Origin: a bacterium
Lineage (GTDB): Bacteria; JAMCPX01
Direction: 5' to 3'
Length of the DNA: 64,000 nucleotides
Assembly: GCA_037439545.1 (NCBI GenBank)
Contig: JBBIVV010000005.1
Span: forward strand, 6,504-70,503
Part shown: positions 1 to 9,359 of the stretch, piece by piece
Layout of the letters: the number at the start of each line of letters is the position of its first letter
Numbering within the stretch: the stretch's first letter is position 1
Translations under genes and position numbers: made by a program
Notes under the pieces: generated by a model
What the model was told of the DNA's origin: nothing
What the model saw: only the letters and a program-made list of their open reading frames with translations
Databases searched by the model: none

Positions 1-864
1 GATGTAACGGTTTTGATCCATGGAGAGACAGGGACAGGCAAGGAACTCATAGCAAGGGCACTCCACGCCGAGAGTCTCAGAAAGGACAGGCCTTTTATGC
101 CTGTATCGTGTGCGTCTCTCACAGAGACATTGCTGGAGAGCGAATTGTTCGGTCATGAAAAGGGCTCGTTCACGGGTGCCACAAACGCGGTCAAAGGCGT
201 GTTCGAGGTTGCAGATAAAGGAACGATTTTTCTGGATGAAATAGGCGACATAAGCCAGAAATTACAGATGGACCTGCTCCGTGTCCTTGAGACAAAGGAG
301 ATCATGCGTATTGGCAGCACAGTCCCCATCCCCGTCGATGTGAGGGTTATATCCGCAACAAACAGGGACCTGAAGAAGTCCATTGAGAACAATACCTTCA
401 GGGAAGACCTCTATTATAGGCTAAATGTTATAACCATCGACATCCCTCCTTTGAGAGAAAAGCCTGAAGACATTCCATTGCTCGTGGAACAGTTGATAGA
501 GAAATTCAATGTGGAAACGGGTAAATCCGTGAAAAAAGTAAATGAAGATGCCCTGTCAATGTTCATGCAGTACGGCTGGCCGGGCAATATAAGAGAGCTC
601 AAGAATGTGATAGAACGAGGGGTTGTCCTTGCAAAAAGCGATATAATTACAATAAATGAAATAGGCCCGTGTCTCGGTAAAAAAACCGAAGACACAGGCA
701 AGACCGATACCCTGTCTCTTGAGACTATGGAGAGAAACCATATAGCATCGGTATTGAAGAACAATAGCTGGAACATAAGCGTTTCAGCCCAGATACTCGG
801 TATCGACAGGACGACCCTTTACAATAAAATAAAAAAATATAACCTTGAAGATAACCATAAATAA
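1..864 (+). CDS. sigma-54-dependent Fis-family transcriptional activator, C-terminal part (gene starts before the window)
   Basis: The frame is open from base 1. It carries an AAA+ sigma-54 interaction domain (GETGTGKE Walker A, GSFTGA motif, [10 protein letters not shown]) and a C-terminal Fis-type HTH ([16 protein letters not shown]). Confidence 0.85.
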   Translation, partial: DVTVLIHGETGTGKELIARALHAESLRKDRPFMPVSCASLTETLLESELFGHEKGSFTGATNAVKGVFEVADKGTIFLDEIGDISQKLQMDLLRVLETKEIMRIGSTVPIPVDVRVISATNRDLKKSIENNTFREDLYYRLNVITIDIPPLREKPEDIPLLVEQLIEKFNVETGKSVKKVNEDALSMFMQYGWPGNIRELKNVIERGVVLAKSDIITINEIGPCLGKKTEDTGKTDTLSLETMERNHIASVLKNNSWNISVSAQILGIDRTTLYNKIKKYNLEDNHK

Positions 865-884
865 TCCCGGGAAAAGGCAGATGC

Positions 885-1664
885 ATGGAAAATAAAAATA
901 CCTTTTGGGACCATATAGAAGAACTGAGAAAACGCCTGATCAGATCAATCATATTTATAGCCGTCGGTGCAACGGTAGGCTTCTATTTTTCGAATTACCT
1001 GCTGGATCTCGTTGAGCTTCCCTTAAGGCAGAGTCTTGAGGTGTCTCTGCACAAGCCTTATGTACAATTTATAAGCACTGCCCATCCGATAAAATTGGTT
1101 TTTATTACGCCCGTCGAAGCAATATGGACAAACCTGAAACTCGGTTTAATCGCCGGTTTCATCGCAACCCTGCCGTTTGTTTTTTATGAGCTGTGGCTTT
1201 TCATCAAGCCTGGTCTCTATCCGAATGAAAAAAATTATGTGCGGTTGTTCGTTGTTTCGGCAGGCGTATCCTTCTTAATCGGGGGCGCCTTTAGCTTTAT
1301 TATTATACTGCCCTTTGCCATGCAATTTCTTCTCAATTATGGGGCTGCGAATCTTGTCCCCATGATAAGTGTCGGCCAATACGTGGATTTCTGCCTCCAA
1401 TTCATACTGTCTTTCGGCATAATATTCGAACTTCCGTTTGCCATGTTGATACTGGTGGCAATGGGCATCCTTACACCGAAGGGACTCGCTGAAAAGAGAA
1501 AATTTGCCATTGTCGGCGCCTTTATTCTCGGGGCTATTCTGAGCCCCAGTCCGGATGTGTTCAATCAAACACTGATTGCAGTACCTTTGATCCTTCTCTA
1601 CGAAACAGGTATACTCCTCTCACGGGCATTCATAAAAAAAAGGGAGAAGAGCACGCCTGCTTAG
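885..1664 (+). CDS. tatC: twin-arginine translocase subunit TatC
   Basis: 259 aa polytopic membrane protein with a TatC-like N-terminus (HIEELRKRLIRSIIFIAVG) and about six TM segments. It sits 20 bp downstream of the regulator. Confidence 0.8.
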   Translation: MENKNTFWDHIEELRKRLIRSIIFIAVGATVGFYFSNYLLDLVELPLRQSLEVSLHKPYVQFISTAHPIKLVFITPVEAIWTNLKLGLIAGFIATLPFVFYELWLFIKPGLYPNEKNYVRLFVVSAGVSFLIGGAFSFIIILPFAMQFLLNYGAANLVPMISVGQYVDFCLQFILSFGIIFELPFAMLILVAMGILTPKGLAEKRKFAIVGAFILGAILSPSPDVFNQTLIAVPLILLYETGILLSRAFIKKREKSTPA

Positions 1665-1693
1665 AAGGCATGGGACTTAAAATCTTGCCGGGA

Positions 1694-3172
1694 TTATCTG
1701 ATTGTCCGGGTAAATTTTTTGGTAGCTTGATCGTATTTCAGTACGACGGTTTTTTTCTCGCCCGATGAAACCTTAATCTTTACCACCTTCGTTCCGTATA
1801 TCCTGTTTTTAAAAACAAGTGCATGGCTGCCGGCTGAGAGCTTCAGGAACTTTACCGGTGTTGTGCCTGCAAACCGTTCGGTGGTTTTATTCACTATATA
1901 AACATCCGCCCATGGTATCGCGTTGATGACGAGGACTGCATTTGCATGGGGAACAGACTGCTTCTGTTCAGGGACTCGCCGTTCCCTTGGAACGGGCATT
2001 GCAGATATCGTGTGAGGTATACCAGCCGGAATGCTCATGCCTGAATCTGTTGCGGCTGGTGATAAAGCCGGTATTTTCTTCTCCGTTTTTTTATAGTGAA
2101 CGGATGCTGTTATGCTTATCATGAAAATTACCATGCACACAATCCCTGCCGTATACGCCGGCGTAGTGATCTTCTTTTTGTCATGATTGTTATCCGCGAT
2201 ACTATGTATGCCGCTTCTGTCTTCCTGCATTTGATCCTTGAGCAATCTCTTCAGATATTCCGAAAGTAAGCTTTTTGCCGATGCACCGTTCTGCACGTAT
2301 TGCCCGAGTGCTTTTTTTAAAGCGTCTGGCTCGTAAAATCTGCCGTCAGGTTCAGAGGATAATGCTTTCATCACAACGGCATCAAGTCCATAAGGGATCG
2401 CGGGATTGAGCTGTAAGGGGGTATATTCTATGCTTGAGGATTGAACCTGTTTCAAAAGCATCATGTCGGTGCCACCCTGGTATGCCTGTTTGTGCGTAAT
2501 CAGTTCATACAGGACCAGGGCTATTGAATAGAGATCGCTCCGGTGGTCAACCTCCTCGCCCCTTGCCTGTTCCGGAGACATGTATCTGATTTTGCCTTTT
2601 AATGTCCCGGCAGTCGTCGTTGCTATTGAACCTCTTACCTTTGCAATGCCGAAGTCCGTGAGTTTGACGTCTCCGTCGTATGACAGCAGTATGTTTTGGG
2701 GCGTGATGTCCCTGTGTACGATGCAGAATGGTTCTCCGTGCGTATCCTTCAGACTGCAGGTATATTCAAGGGCATTTAATATTTCCATAATGATATGGAC
2801 GGACAGCTCTAACTGAGGATGGATGTTATTGTTCATCATCAGTTTGATAAACCGGGAAAGGTCGACGCCGTCGACATATTCCATTGCTATGTACAGTCTT
2901 TTATCTATTTCGCCGAAGTCCGTTATCTGAACGATATTCGGATGCACGAGCCGTGCACTGATCCGCGCCTCATCCGTAAACATCGTTACAAAAGCCGGAT
3001 CACAGGTCAATTGTTCATGGATCATTTTCAGTGCGACGAGCTTTTCAAAATTATGCGGGCCTGTCATGATTGCCCTGTAAATATCGGCCATGCCTCCGCT
3101 CGCTATGTGCCTGACGAGCCTGTACCTGCCGATGCTGTTCTTATCCATCGATGATAAACCTGTCTCCCGCAA
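1694..3172 (-). CDS. Ser/Thr protein kinase with TM segment and C-terminal extracytoplasmic PEGA-like domain
   Basis: Hanks kinase motifs (GGMADIYRA, VALK, HRDITPQNILL, DFGIAK, SPE). One TM segment (AYTAGIVCMVIFMISITASV) is followed by a PEGA-like beta domain (VLVINAIPWADVYIVNKT...HALVFKNRIYGTKVVKIKV). Confidence 0.85.
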   Translation of the reverse strand: MRETGLSSMDKNSIGRYRLVRHIASGGMADIYRAIMTGPHNFEKLVALKMIHEQLTCDPAFVTMFTDEARISARLVHPNIVQITDFGEIDKRLYIAMEYVDGVDLSRFIKLMMNNNIHPQLELSVHIIMEILNALEYTCSLKDTHGEPFCIVHRDITPQNILLSYDGDVKLTDFGIAKVRGSIATTTAGTLKGKIRYMSPEQARGEEVDHRSDLYSIALVLYELITHKQAYQGGTDMMLLKQVQSSSIEYTPLQLNPAIPYGLDAVVMKALSSEPDGRFYEPDALKKALGQYVQNGASAKSLLSEYLKRLLKDQMQEDRSGIHSIADNNHDKKKITTPAYTAGIVCMVIFMISITASVHYKKTEKKIPALSPAATDSGMSIPAGIPHTISAMPVPRERRVPEQKQSVPHANAVLVINAIPWADVYIVNKTTERFAGTTPVKFLKLSAGSHALVFKNRIYGTKVVKIKVSSGEKKTVVLKYDQATKKFTRTIR

Positions 3173-3515
3173 GGATGTTGTAGTGCGCAGACAGACCGGC
3201 GTTCATTTCAAGGACACACTGTGCCTTTTTTACGGGCATGGACAGGTGAAAGGGATTCAGGTGCTTTATGGCGACGACTTCCATTTCTTTATTCAGAAAT
3301 ACCGCATCGATGCTGAAAAGCATGAACATGCTGTGTATCCAATTACACGGTGCTATAAGGCATGCGCAATCAGGAGGCATACTGCGTCTGAACATCAGTC
3401 CCCTGAACCTCGCAAAAGCCGAATGTGCCGTCATAAGCCTGAGACTAAAGTCACTGCTCGCAGGCTGTGCTCTGCTTTTTAATCTTTTTATATACATCCG
3501 CATCCTTTCGGGCAA
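3141..3515 (-). CDS. DUF192 (COG1430) family protein
   Basis: 124 aa with DUF192-like motifs (RFRGLMFRRSMPPD ... MFMLFSIDAVFLNKEMEVVAI ... CVLEMNAGL). It overlaps both neighbours by 30 to 65 nt, so the true start is probably an internal Met near 3497 to 3503. Confidence 0.55.
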   Translation of the reverse strand: MPERMRMYIKRLKSRAQPASSDFSLRLMTAHSAFARFRGLMFRRSMPPDCACLIAPCNWIHSMFMLFSIDAVFLNKEMEVVAIKHLNPFHLSMPVKKAQCVLEMNAGLSAHYNILAGDRFIIDG

Positions 3516-4707
3516 TCATGCCCGCTTCCTTATACAGTCTGCACGCCTCTGATTTATTCGCCGAAGAAAGTGTATAAGCCTTTTTGTAAAGTTTGACCGC
3601 CTGATCATTCAGAGTAGAAAAACCTCTGAGGGCCTCTTGATTTTCAGGATCATAATCGAGTGATTTCTCGAAGTATTGTCGTGCATATTTGTATGCATGT
3701 CCTGACAATGCCCGGGTACCGAGCATGCCGTAGGATAGTCCGAGATAGACATGAATCTTATGCTCCATTGCAGGATCACTGACCCCGCTATTTTTGAGCA
3801 GGGCAGCGAATCCTTCGGCTTTTCCCAGCAATGATGCAGCAGAAGCATAATCCCGTTTATCACAAGCCTTTGTACCAAGATTAAGGTATTTATTAATAGT
3901 GCCTGCAAGAACGATCTTTCTCTGGTTTTCCGTTGTGTGACTTTCAGACCATAACTTCATCGCTGAATTTAATTGTCCTTTTTTATACGCTTCGTCTCCT
4001 GTCAACCGCGTCTGTATTTTCGTACGGGTATGTTTCGGAGCAGGGTTTGCTGCCTCGTCAGTCCTGAGCATTTTTAGTATGTTGAGAGCGTTTTTATTTC
4101 CCGGGTCTGTTGCAAGAACATAGTTCAAAAGCTGCTCTGCCTGCTTTTTATTGCCGCTCGTATACATGGTCGTCGCGGTCTGGATAATGCCTTTTGCCCG
4201 CTGCTCTTCTATTTGTCCGATCATTACAACAGCCCTGTCATGGTATGAGGTGTTTAACGTAAACGGCTGAACGGCATTGTATGCCTGTGTCAGCATACCG
4301 AGATTGTACATCTGTTGTGTTTTGTCCCATAAATCTTTAAGCCTGTCTTGCCTCGAAAGCTGCGTGCTGAAAGCTGCGATATCTTCAGAGGTATACCGGT
4401 GCTGTTCCATGATTTTCAATATCCTGTGGGCTTGCTCTGTCCTGTTGTTTTGCAGGGCTGATTGTAACTCCGCGGTAAGCGTCTTCTGTTCCTTGTATGT
4501 ATATAAAAGATACAGAACCGTGCCTGAACTTATCAGCAGTAAAAGTACTAAAAGCAGCCGCAGCTTCCTGACGGGTTTAACCTTATCATCACTATTGACG
4601 CTTTTCTGCCCGCTGCGCATCCGGCCTGCACGCACGGGTTCGCTCTTGTCGTCATGATCCGGGGAAGGCAAAAGAATCGTTTTTTCATTCTGTAGTTTTT
4701 CTTCCAT
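3451..4707 (-). CDS. membrane-anchored TPR-repeat protein
   Basis: 418 aa. A charged N-terminus is followed by a poly-Leu TM segment (LRLLLVLLLLISSGTVLYLLY) and repeated TPR-like helical pairs (AYKKGQLNSAMKLW, YARQYFEKSLDYDPENQEAL). Confidence 0.6.
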   Translation of the reverse strand: MEEKLQNEKTILLPSPDHDDKSEPVRAGRMRSGQKSVNSDDKVKPVRKLRLLLVLLLLISSGTVLYLLYTYKEQKTLTAELQSALQNNRTEQAHRILKIMEQHRYTSEDIAAFSTQLSRQDRLKDLWDKTQQMYNLGMLTQAYNAVQPFTLNTSYHDRAVVMIGQIEEQRAKGIIQTATTMYTSGNKKQAEQLLNYVLATDPGNKNALNILKMLRTDEAANPAPKHTRTKIQTRLTGDEAYKKGQLNSAMKLWSESHTTENQRKIVLAGTINKYLNLGTKACDKRDYASAASLLGKAEGFAALLKNSGVSDPAMEHKIHVYLGLSYGMLGTRALSGHAYKYARQYFEKSLDYDPENQEALRGFSTLNDQAVKLYKKAYTLSSANKSEACRLYKEAGMIARKDADVYKKIKKQSTACEQ

Positions 4708-4711
4708 ACTA

Positions 4712-5902
4712 TCACCATCTTACCGCTATACTCCCTGTGGTTGAAGATGATTTACGATCTTCGGCAAGGCCGGCGAAAACAAGACCTCCGGCAATAAGTG
4801 CCGCACCTGCTGTCCAGAGCCATTTATTTTCATACCATGAGGAGTTTTTTTGCTGTGTGTGCTCTTTATCCGCATCCGTAAATAGAGGGAGCGTTTTGTA
4901 TGAGGCATGTGCGCCTGCGGCAGGTTGTATAAACCTCATAATTTCACCGACAGCTTGTTTTTCCCCGGTATAGATAAAAGAGGCCGATGATGGTGTAAGC
5001 GTACGCGCAGTTACGGTCGATACCGTTATCCGGTGTGCCTGTGTGGTGTCATCGCTCGATACCATCACGATCCGATCCGCCTTATATGCGTTGAGCATAC
5101 CGATCATCTGTTCTTTTTGAAAAATCATGTCCTCTGCTGCAACCGGATCGGGAAGGAGATCGAAATTAATTGCCGTGGTGTCATTGCTTACCTTGAATAC
5201 TGCCTTCTTTGTTCTATATGCCTGTCTGCTGATTCTTATAAAGTGCGCACCTGCGTACTCCTGAACACTTACGGGCGAGTTGCCTGCCCTGTCCCCGTCT
5301 ATGAACACCGCAGCGCCGGAGGGCGTGGTCGTCACGGTTATGGTCGATATATTTATGGCATTTTTTATTTTTTGCCTGTCGACTAAACTCACGAGGTTCG
5401 GGGGATATAGTACGGGATCTGGGCTCGATTGTCCTGCGACACACAGATACTCGTCTATGGCTTGCGCCGCATCCGTCTCTTTGTCAAGTGCAAGATAATC
5501 CATTGCAAGATACAGATAAGCTTCCCTTAAAACATCCATGACGTTATCCGAATCGGCATTGTTTTTTAATTCCGCGACAATTTTATTCAGATAACCTATA
5601 GATTCATCGAACCTCAAGAATTCGTAAGCCTCCCGGGCATGAGAAAGTCCGGCTTCAGTGCGGGTCATATCATAATCCCTGAATTGCTTTTCCTGCGTAT
5701 ACAGGATTATTGTCGTATCTGTCAGTGCCAGAGCCAAACCATCTTTGAGCTGAAGCAGCCTGCGGTCGGAGCCGGGATCGAGAATAAGCAAAAGGTGCTC
5801 TTTGTCCTCTGCATGGGCACAGACGCTCAGCAGCATGAAACAAAAAAATATCTTTAAACTATTCATATCCATGAGATATATAGATATGAATAGTATTGTC
5901 AA
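4712..5902 (-). CDS. secreted PEGA-domain protein with C-terminal TM anchor
   Basis: A signal peptide probably starts at the internal Met (MNSLKIFFCFMLLSVCAHA, about 5866). It has a PEGA-like domain (ITVTTTPSGAAVFIDGDRAGNSPVSV...HFIRISRQAYRTKKAVFKV) and a C-terminal hydrophobic anchor (WLWTAGAALIAGGLVFAGLA). Confidence 0.6.
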   Translation of the reverse strand: MTILFISIYLMDMNSLKIFFCFMLLSVCAHAEDKEHLLLILDPGSDRRLLQLKDGLALALTDTTIILYTQEKQFRDYDMTRTEAGLSHAREAYEFLRFDESIGYLNKIVAELKNNADSDNVMDVLREAYLYLAMDYLALDKETDAAQAIDEYLCVAGQSSPDPVLYPPNLVSLVDRQKIKNAINISTITVTTTPSGAAVFIDGDRAGNSPVSVQEYAGAHFIRISRQAYRTKKAVFKVSNDTTAINFDLLPDPVAAEDMIFQKEQMIGMLNAYKADRIVMVSSDDTTQAHRITVSTVTARTLTPSSASFIYTGEKQAVGEIMRFIQPAAGAHASYKTLPLFTDADKEHTQQKNSSWYENKWLWTAGAALIAGGLVFAGLAEDRKSSSTTGSIAVRW

Positions 5903-5930
5903 TATAATATACGAATATGGTTTTTCGGGG

Positions 5931-6593
5931 TCAGGCTGTTTTGAACAGCTGTTGGATTTTATCTATGTGTTCTTTCTTGACGATTGCAATTACCTCGTCA
6001 TCCTGCTTGAAGATTGTTTCGCCTTTCGGAATAATTGTTTCCTCTCCCCTATAAATTGAAACGATGATGACGCCCTCCGGCAATGCGAGATCTTTTATCT
6101 TCTTATTAATGACGCTGGAGCCTTTCTGGACATCCACCTGTACGAGCTCTACATTACCGCCTTTAAGCGGGAACAGCGGAACGACGACATCGCCTGCCTG
6201 CACCTGCTCTTCGATAAGGTAGTTGAGTATTCTCGTGGAGTTGATCGTTGCGTCCACGCCGATGCTCTGAAAGAGCGTTTCGTTGGCAGGGTCCGACACC
6301 CTCGAGATGGTCCTCGGTGTCATAAACATCAGCTTTGTAAGCTGACACACGACAAGGTTTGTCGCATCGTCCCCAGTGACGGCGACTATCACATCGGCCC
6401 TGTTTGCGCCTGCTGCCTTGAGGACGGATGCATTCGCACCGTTGCCGAGCATTACTGCATCACCGAATGCTTCTGCAAGTGCGGTGACCTTTGACTTGTC
6501 CTGATCTATCAGGGTTACCTCATGATTCGCAGAGAGCAGCGTCTTGGCAAGATTTATACCTGCTTTGCTGGCTCCGACTATTATAATATACAT
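5931..6593 (-). CDS. trkA: TrkA/KtrA-type K+ transport regulatory protein (TrkA-N plus TrkA-C)
   Basis: Rossmann NAD-binding N-terminus (IIIVGASKAGINLAKTL) and a C-terminal TrkA-C/RCK_C domain. Confidence 0.8.
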   Translation of the reverse strand: MYIIIVGASKAGINLAKTLLSANHEVTLIDQDKSKVTALAEAFGDAVMLGNGANASVLKAAGANRADVIVAVTGDDATNLVVCQLTKLMFMTPRTISRVSDPANETLFQSIGVDATINSTRILNYLIEEQVQAGDVVVPLFPLKGGNVELVQVDVQKGSSVINKKIKDLALPEGVIIVSIYRGEETIIPKGETIFKQDDEVIAIVKKEHIDKIQQLFKTA

Positions 6594-6601
6594 CTTTCCT
6601 C

Positions 6602-7003
6602 CTATGCAATACCCGGCATTTTAAGAAGTGCATCGATGGTAAGGCTTGTCGGACATAATATTTCGATGCCGAACTCGGTATAAACTGCCGCAAGGTTTAT
6701 ATCGAATAAACGCGGAATGACCCTTATGGTCCTGTCTATAAGCTTTATCTTCTGTGCGATCGTTATGTTCGTGTAGTCATTACCGGTAACGACAAGCACG
6801 ATGTCCGCAGGTTTCTTTAAAATCTGCCTTATGACATCCTCGTCTATGCTGTTTCCTACGAGGAATTCGACGCCCTTTTTATTATCTATGTACATAAACT
6901 TACTTTCGTTCTCATCCACTACCAGCACACTGTCTTCCCTTTTGACAAATACGCTTACCAGTTTTGAGCCAAGCCTGCCTGAACCTATGATAACTATTCT
7001 CAT
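6602..7003 (-). CDS. TrkA-N (RCK N-terminal) domain protein
   Basis: 133 aa with a Rossmann motif (MRIVIIGSGRLGSKLV). It is tightly linked to the trkA-like gene. Confidence 0.75.
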   Translation of the reverse strand: MRIVIIGSGRLGSKLVSVFVKREDSVLVVDENESKFMYIDNKKGVEFLVGNSIDEDVIRQILKKPADIVLVVTGNDYTNITIAQKIKLIDRTIRVIPRLFDINLAAVYTEFGIEILCPTSLTIDALLKMPGIA

Positions 7004-7651
7004 TTACGTTTCCTCCACGGGTAATTTTTCTATAATCACCTCACAGGGTGCTTTCCGCAGTACGGTGTCCGATGTCCTGCCCAGAATATCTTCTTTCAGT
7101 CCTATATGCTGCCGTATCCCCATGACGATGACATCCGCATCCTGTTCCTTTGCGGTCTTTACGATCTCCTCTCCCGCTGATCGCGCTCGCACGACAAGGG
7201 AGATGCTCTTCATCTTGTGCAAGGATGCGAGTTCTTCTGCGTGCTGAATTGCATCTTTCGCCTTTTTGTCTTCTTCTTCCATGACCGCATTCAAGGGCAG
7301 GGTCCTCGGCACTTCGATGACATAAGCAAATATGAGCGTGGCATTCTGCTCGGTCCCGAGCCTGCATGCGAGCTCGACCCCTCTCTCGGAGTAAGACATA
7401 CCCTGCGTCGGCACCAGTATGTTTTTCAATGCCTCTACCTCCCTGTGTGCCCGTGCAACTACCTGGGTAATCATAGGGGGGACATGGAGCATCCACCAGA
7501 GAAGGGATACAATGGATGTGAGGAACAGCACTGAAATGATGACGCCAAGTGTCGACTGAATCATTGTCCGCCTCTTAAATATTTTAAGATAAACCTGATC
7601 CTGTATATGCCGAAACCTATAAAGCTCATGCCGATAAGGAACGGGAACCAC
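7004..7651 (-). CDS. universal stress protein (UspA family) with N-terminal TM segment
   Basis: Usp fold motifs (ILVPTQGMSYSERGVELA ... ADVIVMG ... GRTSDTVLRKAPCEVII). The probable start is the internal Met at 7564 (MIQSTL), which would abut the small upstream ORF. Confidence 0.7.
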   Translation of the reverse strand: MVPVPYRHELYRFRHIQDQVYLKIFKRRTMIQSTLGVIISVLFLTSIVSLLWWMLHVPPMITQVVARAHREVEALKNILVPTQGMSYSERGVELACRLGTEQNATLIFAYVIEVPRTLPLNAVMEEEDKKAKDAIQHAEELASLHKMKSISLVVRARSAGEEIVKTAKEQDADVIVMGIRQHIGLKEDILGRTSDTVLRKAPCEVIIEKLPVEET

Positions 7652-7764
7652 AGACGAATTCCTCCCGTCAGACCGGCCGACCGTATTATGATGAGTATAC
7701 CGAACAAGATAAACAGTCCGCTGTTTATGGTTTTAATCTTATCCGTTAGTTTTAATTTGTGCAT
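7561..7764 (-). CDS. hypothetical small two-TM membrane protein
   Basis: 67 aa with two hydrophobic helices. It fits exactly between the APC permease and the internal-Met start of the Usp gene with a 4-nt overlap. There is no homology call. Confidence 0.25.
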   Translation of the reverse strand: MHKLKLTDKIKTINSGLFILFGILIIIRSAGLTGGIRLWFPFLIGMSFIGFGIYRIRFILKYLRGGQ

Positions 7765-9331
7765 TTTTTTTCAGCTTTTCATCCCGTTCTTTGAGTGCAA
7801 TCCTGTACTCCTCTGCGAGATCGAACTCCTCTGCGGATATGAGGACATCCATCTGGTGTGCCTCCCAGTTCCGTTCGAGGCTTTTTGTCAGGGGCATTTT
7901 GTTCTTTTTCCTGAAATAAAGGTAATAAAGAATGCCGAGCAATACCCATGCAGGACCGGCTATCCTTCCAATCTTATGCGTGAGTATGACCTCGAACAGC
8001 ACCATACCGACACCAAGGAATCCCAGAATGCCAAGTACGGGAAAATCGACGATTCTGTCTTTGTAATGAATTTTTACGTTTAACGGCATTTTATAAGGCC
8101 TCGGCGTATAAGGGTCGGAAAAACGGAGTCTGATCAAAGCGACAAAAACAATAAGATATCCCAGTGTTGCTCCGAATGCATACATATTGCCGAGCGTGTC
8201 CATAGCCTGCGGTGTTAAGAATGACAGCAGCATTTCAAGAATACCTATGCCTGAAAAAACCACGATTGTCCTCACCGGTGTTCTGTATTTATGATTCACC
8301 TTGTCGAACCACTTCGTAATAAGACCGAATTCACTCATTGAATAGGTGAGCCGTGATGCGCTCATAACGCCTGAGTTTGCCGAAATCAGAAGGATTGTGG
8401 CACCAAGCAGCGCTGTGACAGGGCCTGCAAGTAATCCTATATAAGGTATTGCATGCGCAAGCGTTGCTATGGGATCGCCTATATGCTGTGCAAAGGTCTG
8501 CCACGGCAGCACCCCGAGGCTTAACGTGGAGAATGCAGTTGCAAAGATAAACACGGTAAAGATCAGGGTTACGGATGTGCGGGGTATAATCGTTGCAGGT
8601 CTTTTCGTTTCCTGCGCTGCCTGCGAAATGGATTCCAATCCTACGAATGAGATGATCCCGAGCGATGAGCCATACATAAAATTATGTAACGTGGGAAACG
8701 ATGTTTGCCACTGTTGAATGAGGAATTCTGGTTTCCATGCGAATAAAAATCCAAAGACTATGACAGAAGACTCTAAGGTAATATCAAAAGCTCCGATCAG
8801 TTCGTTAAAGAGCGACGATTCTTTTATGCCGAGGATGTTCAGCCATATCAGAAAAAGTATGAAAAAGAAAGATTCGGTAAGCCACAGATAATTTATTTGA
8901 AGCGTTCGCAGGGTAAAGATAAAATGCGCCGGTTCTATGCCGAAATAAGGTAAAAAGAAATTTACATAACCCGCTGATGCTACGGAAAACAGGGCAATAT
9001 CGATAGTGTAATCGAGCAGGAGTGCTGTCCCTGTCACAAAACCCCAGAAATCTCCGAGCCCGCGCAGAGCAAAGTAATGTCCTCCTCCGGCAACAGGATA
9101 GGTTGCCGCAAGCTCTGTGTAGGCAAAACCTATCATGATATAAACGATGCCTGCTGCTGCGAATGCAAGACTCGCTGCCCCCTGGGCCGCAGCTATGACA
9201 AGTCCGAGTGCGGCATAGATATCGGCACCGACATCTGCATACCCCCACATGTACGAGCCCCATACGGTAATGTCCCTTCTCAATTCATGGGGAAGTTGTG
9301 AGGATGTAGCTGTATCGGTATTGTTACTCAT
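7739..9331 (-). CDS. APC-superfamily amino acid permease with C-terminal cytoplasmic extension
   Basis: 530 aa with about 12 TM segments and an APC-like N-terminus (ITVWGSYMWGYADVGADIYAALGLV). It has a charged C-terminal tail of about 60 aa. Confidence 0.8.
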   Translation of the reverse strand: MSNNTDTATSSQLPHELRRDITVWGSYMWGYADVGADIYAALGLVIAAAQGAASLAFAAAGIVYIMIGFAYTELAATYPVAGGGHYFALRGLGDFWGFVTGTALLLDYTIDIALFSVASAGYVNFFLPYFGIEPAHFIFTLRTLQINYLWLTESFFFILFLIWLNILGIKESSLFNELIGAFDITLESSVIVFGFLFAWKPEFLIQQWQTSFPTLHNFMYGSSLGIISFVGLESISQAAQETKRPATIIPRTSVTLIFTVFIFATAFSTLSLGVLPWQTFAQHIGDPIATLAHAIPYIGLLAGPVTALLGATILLISANSGVMSASRLTYSMSEFGLITKWFDKVNHKYRTPVRTIVVFSGIGILEMLLSFLTPQAMDTLGNMYAFGATLGYLIVFVALIRLRFSDPYTPRPYKMPLNVKIHYKDRIVDFPVLGILGFLGVGMVLFEVILTHKIGRIAGPAWVLLGILYYLYFRKKNKMPLTKSLERNWEAHQMDVLISAEEFDLAEEYRIALKERDEKLKKNAQIKTNG

Positions 9332-9359
9332 GATAGTTTCTTATTCAAAACAGACGGAC

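Noticed and set aside
1665-1693. CCGGGA...TCCGGG imperfect inverted repeat between the convergent tatC and kinase genes
   Set aside because: The stem is short and imperfect and has no T-run, so it was not called a terminator.
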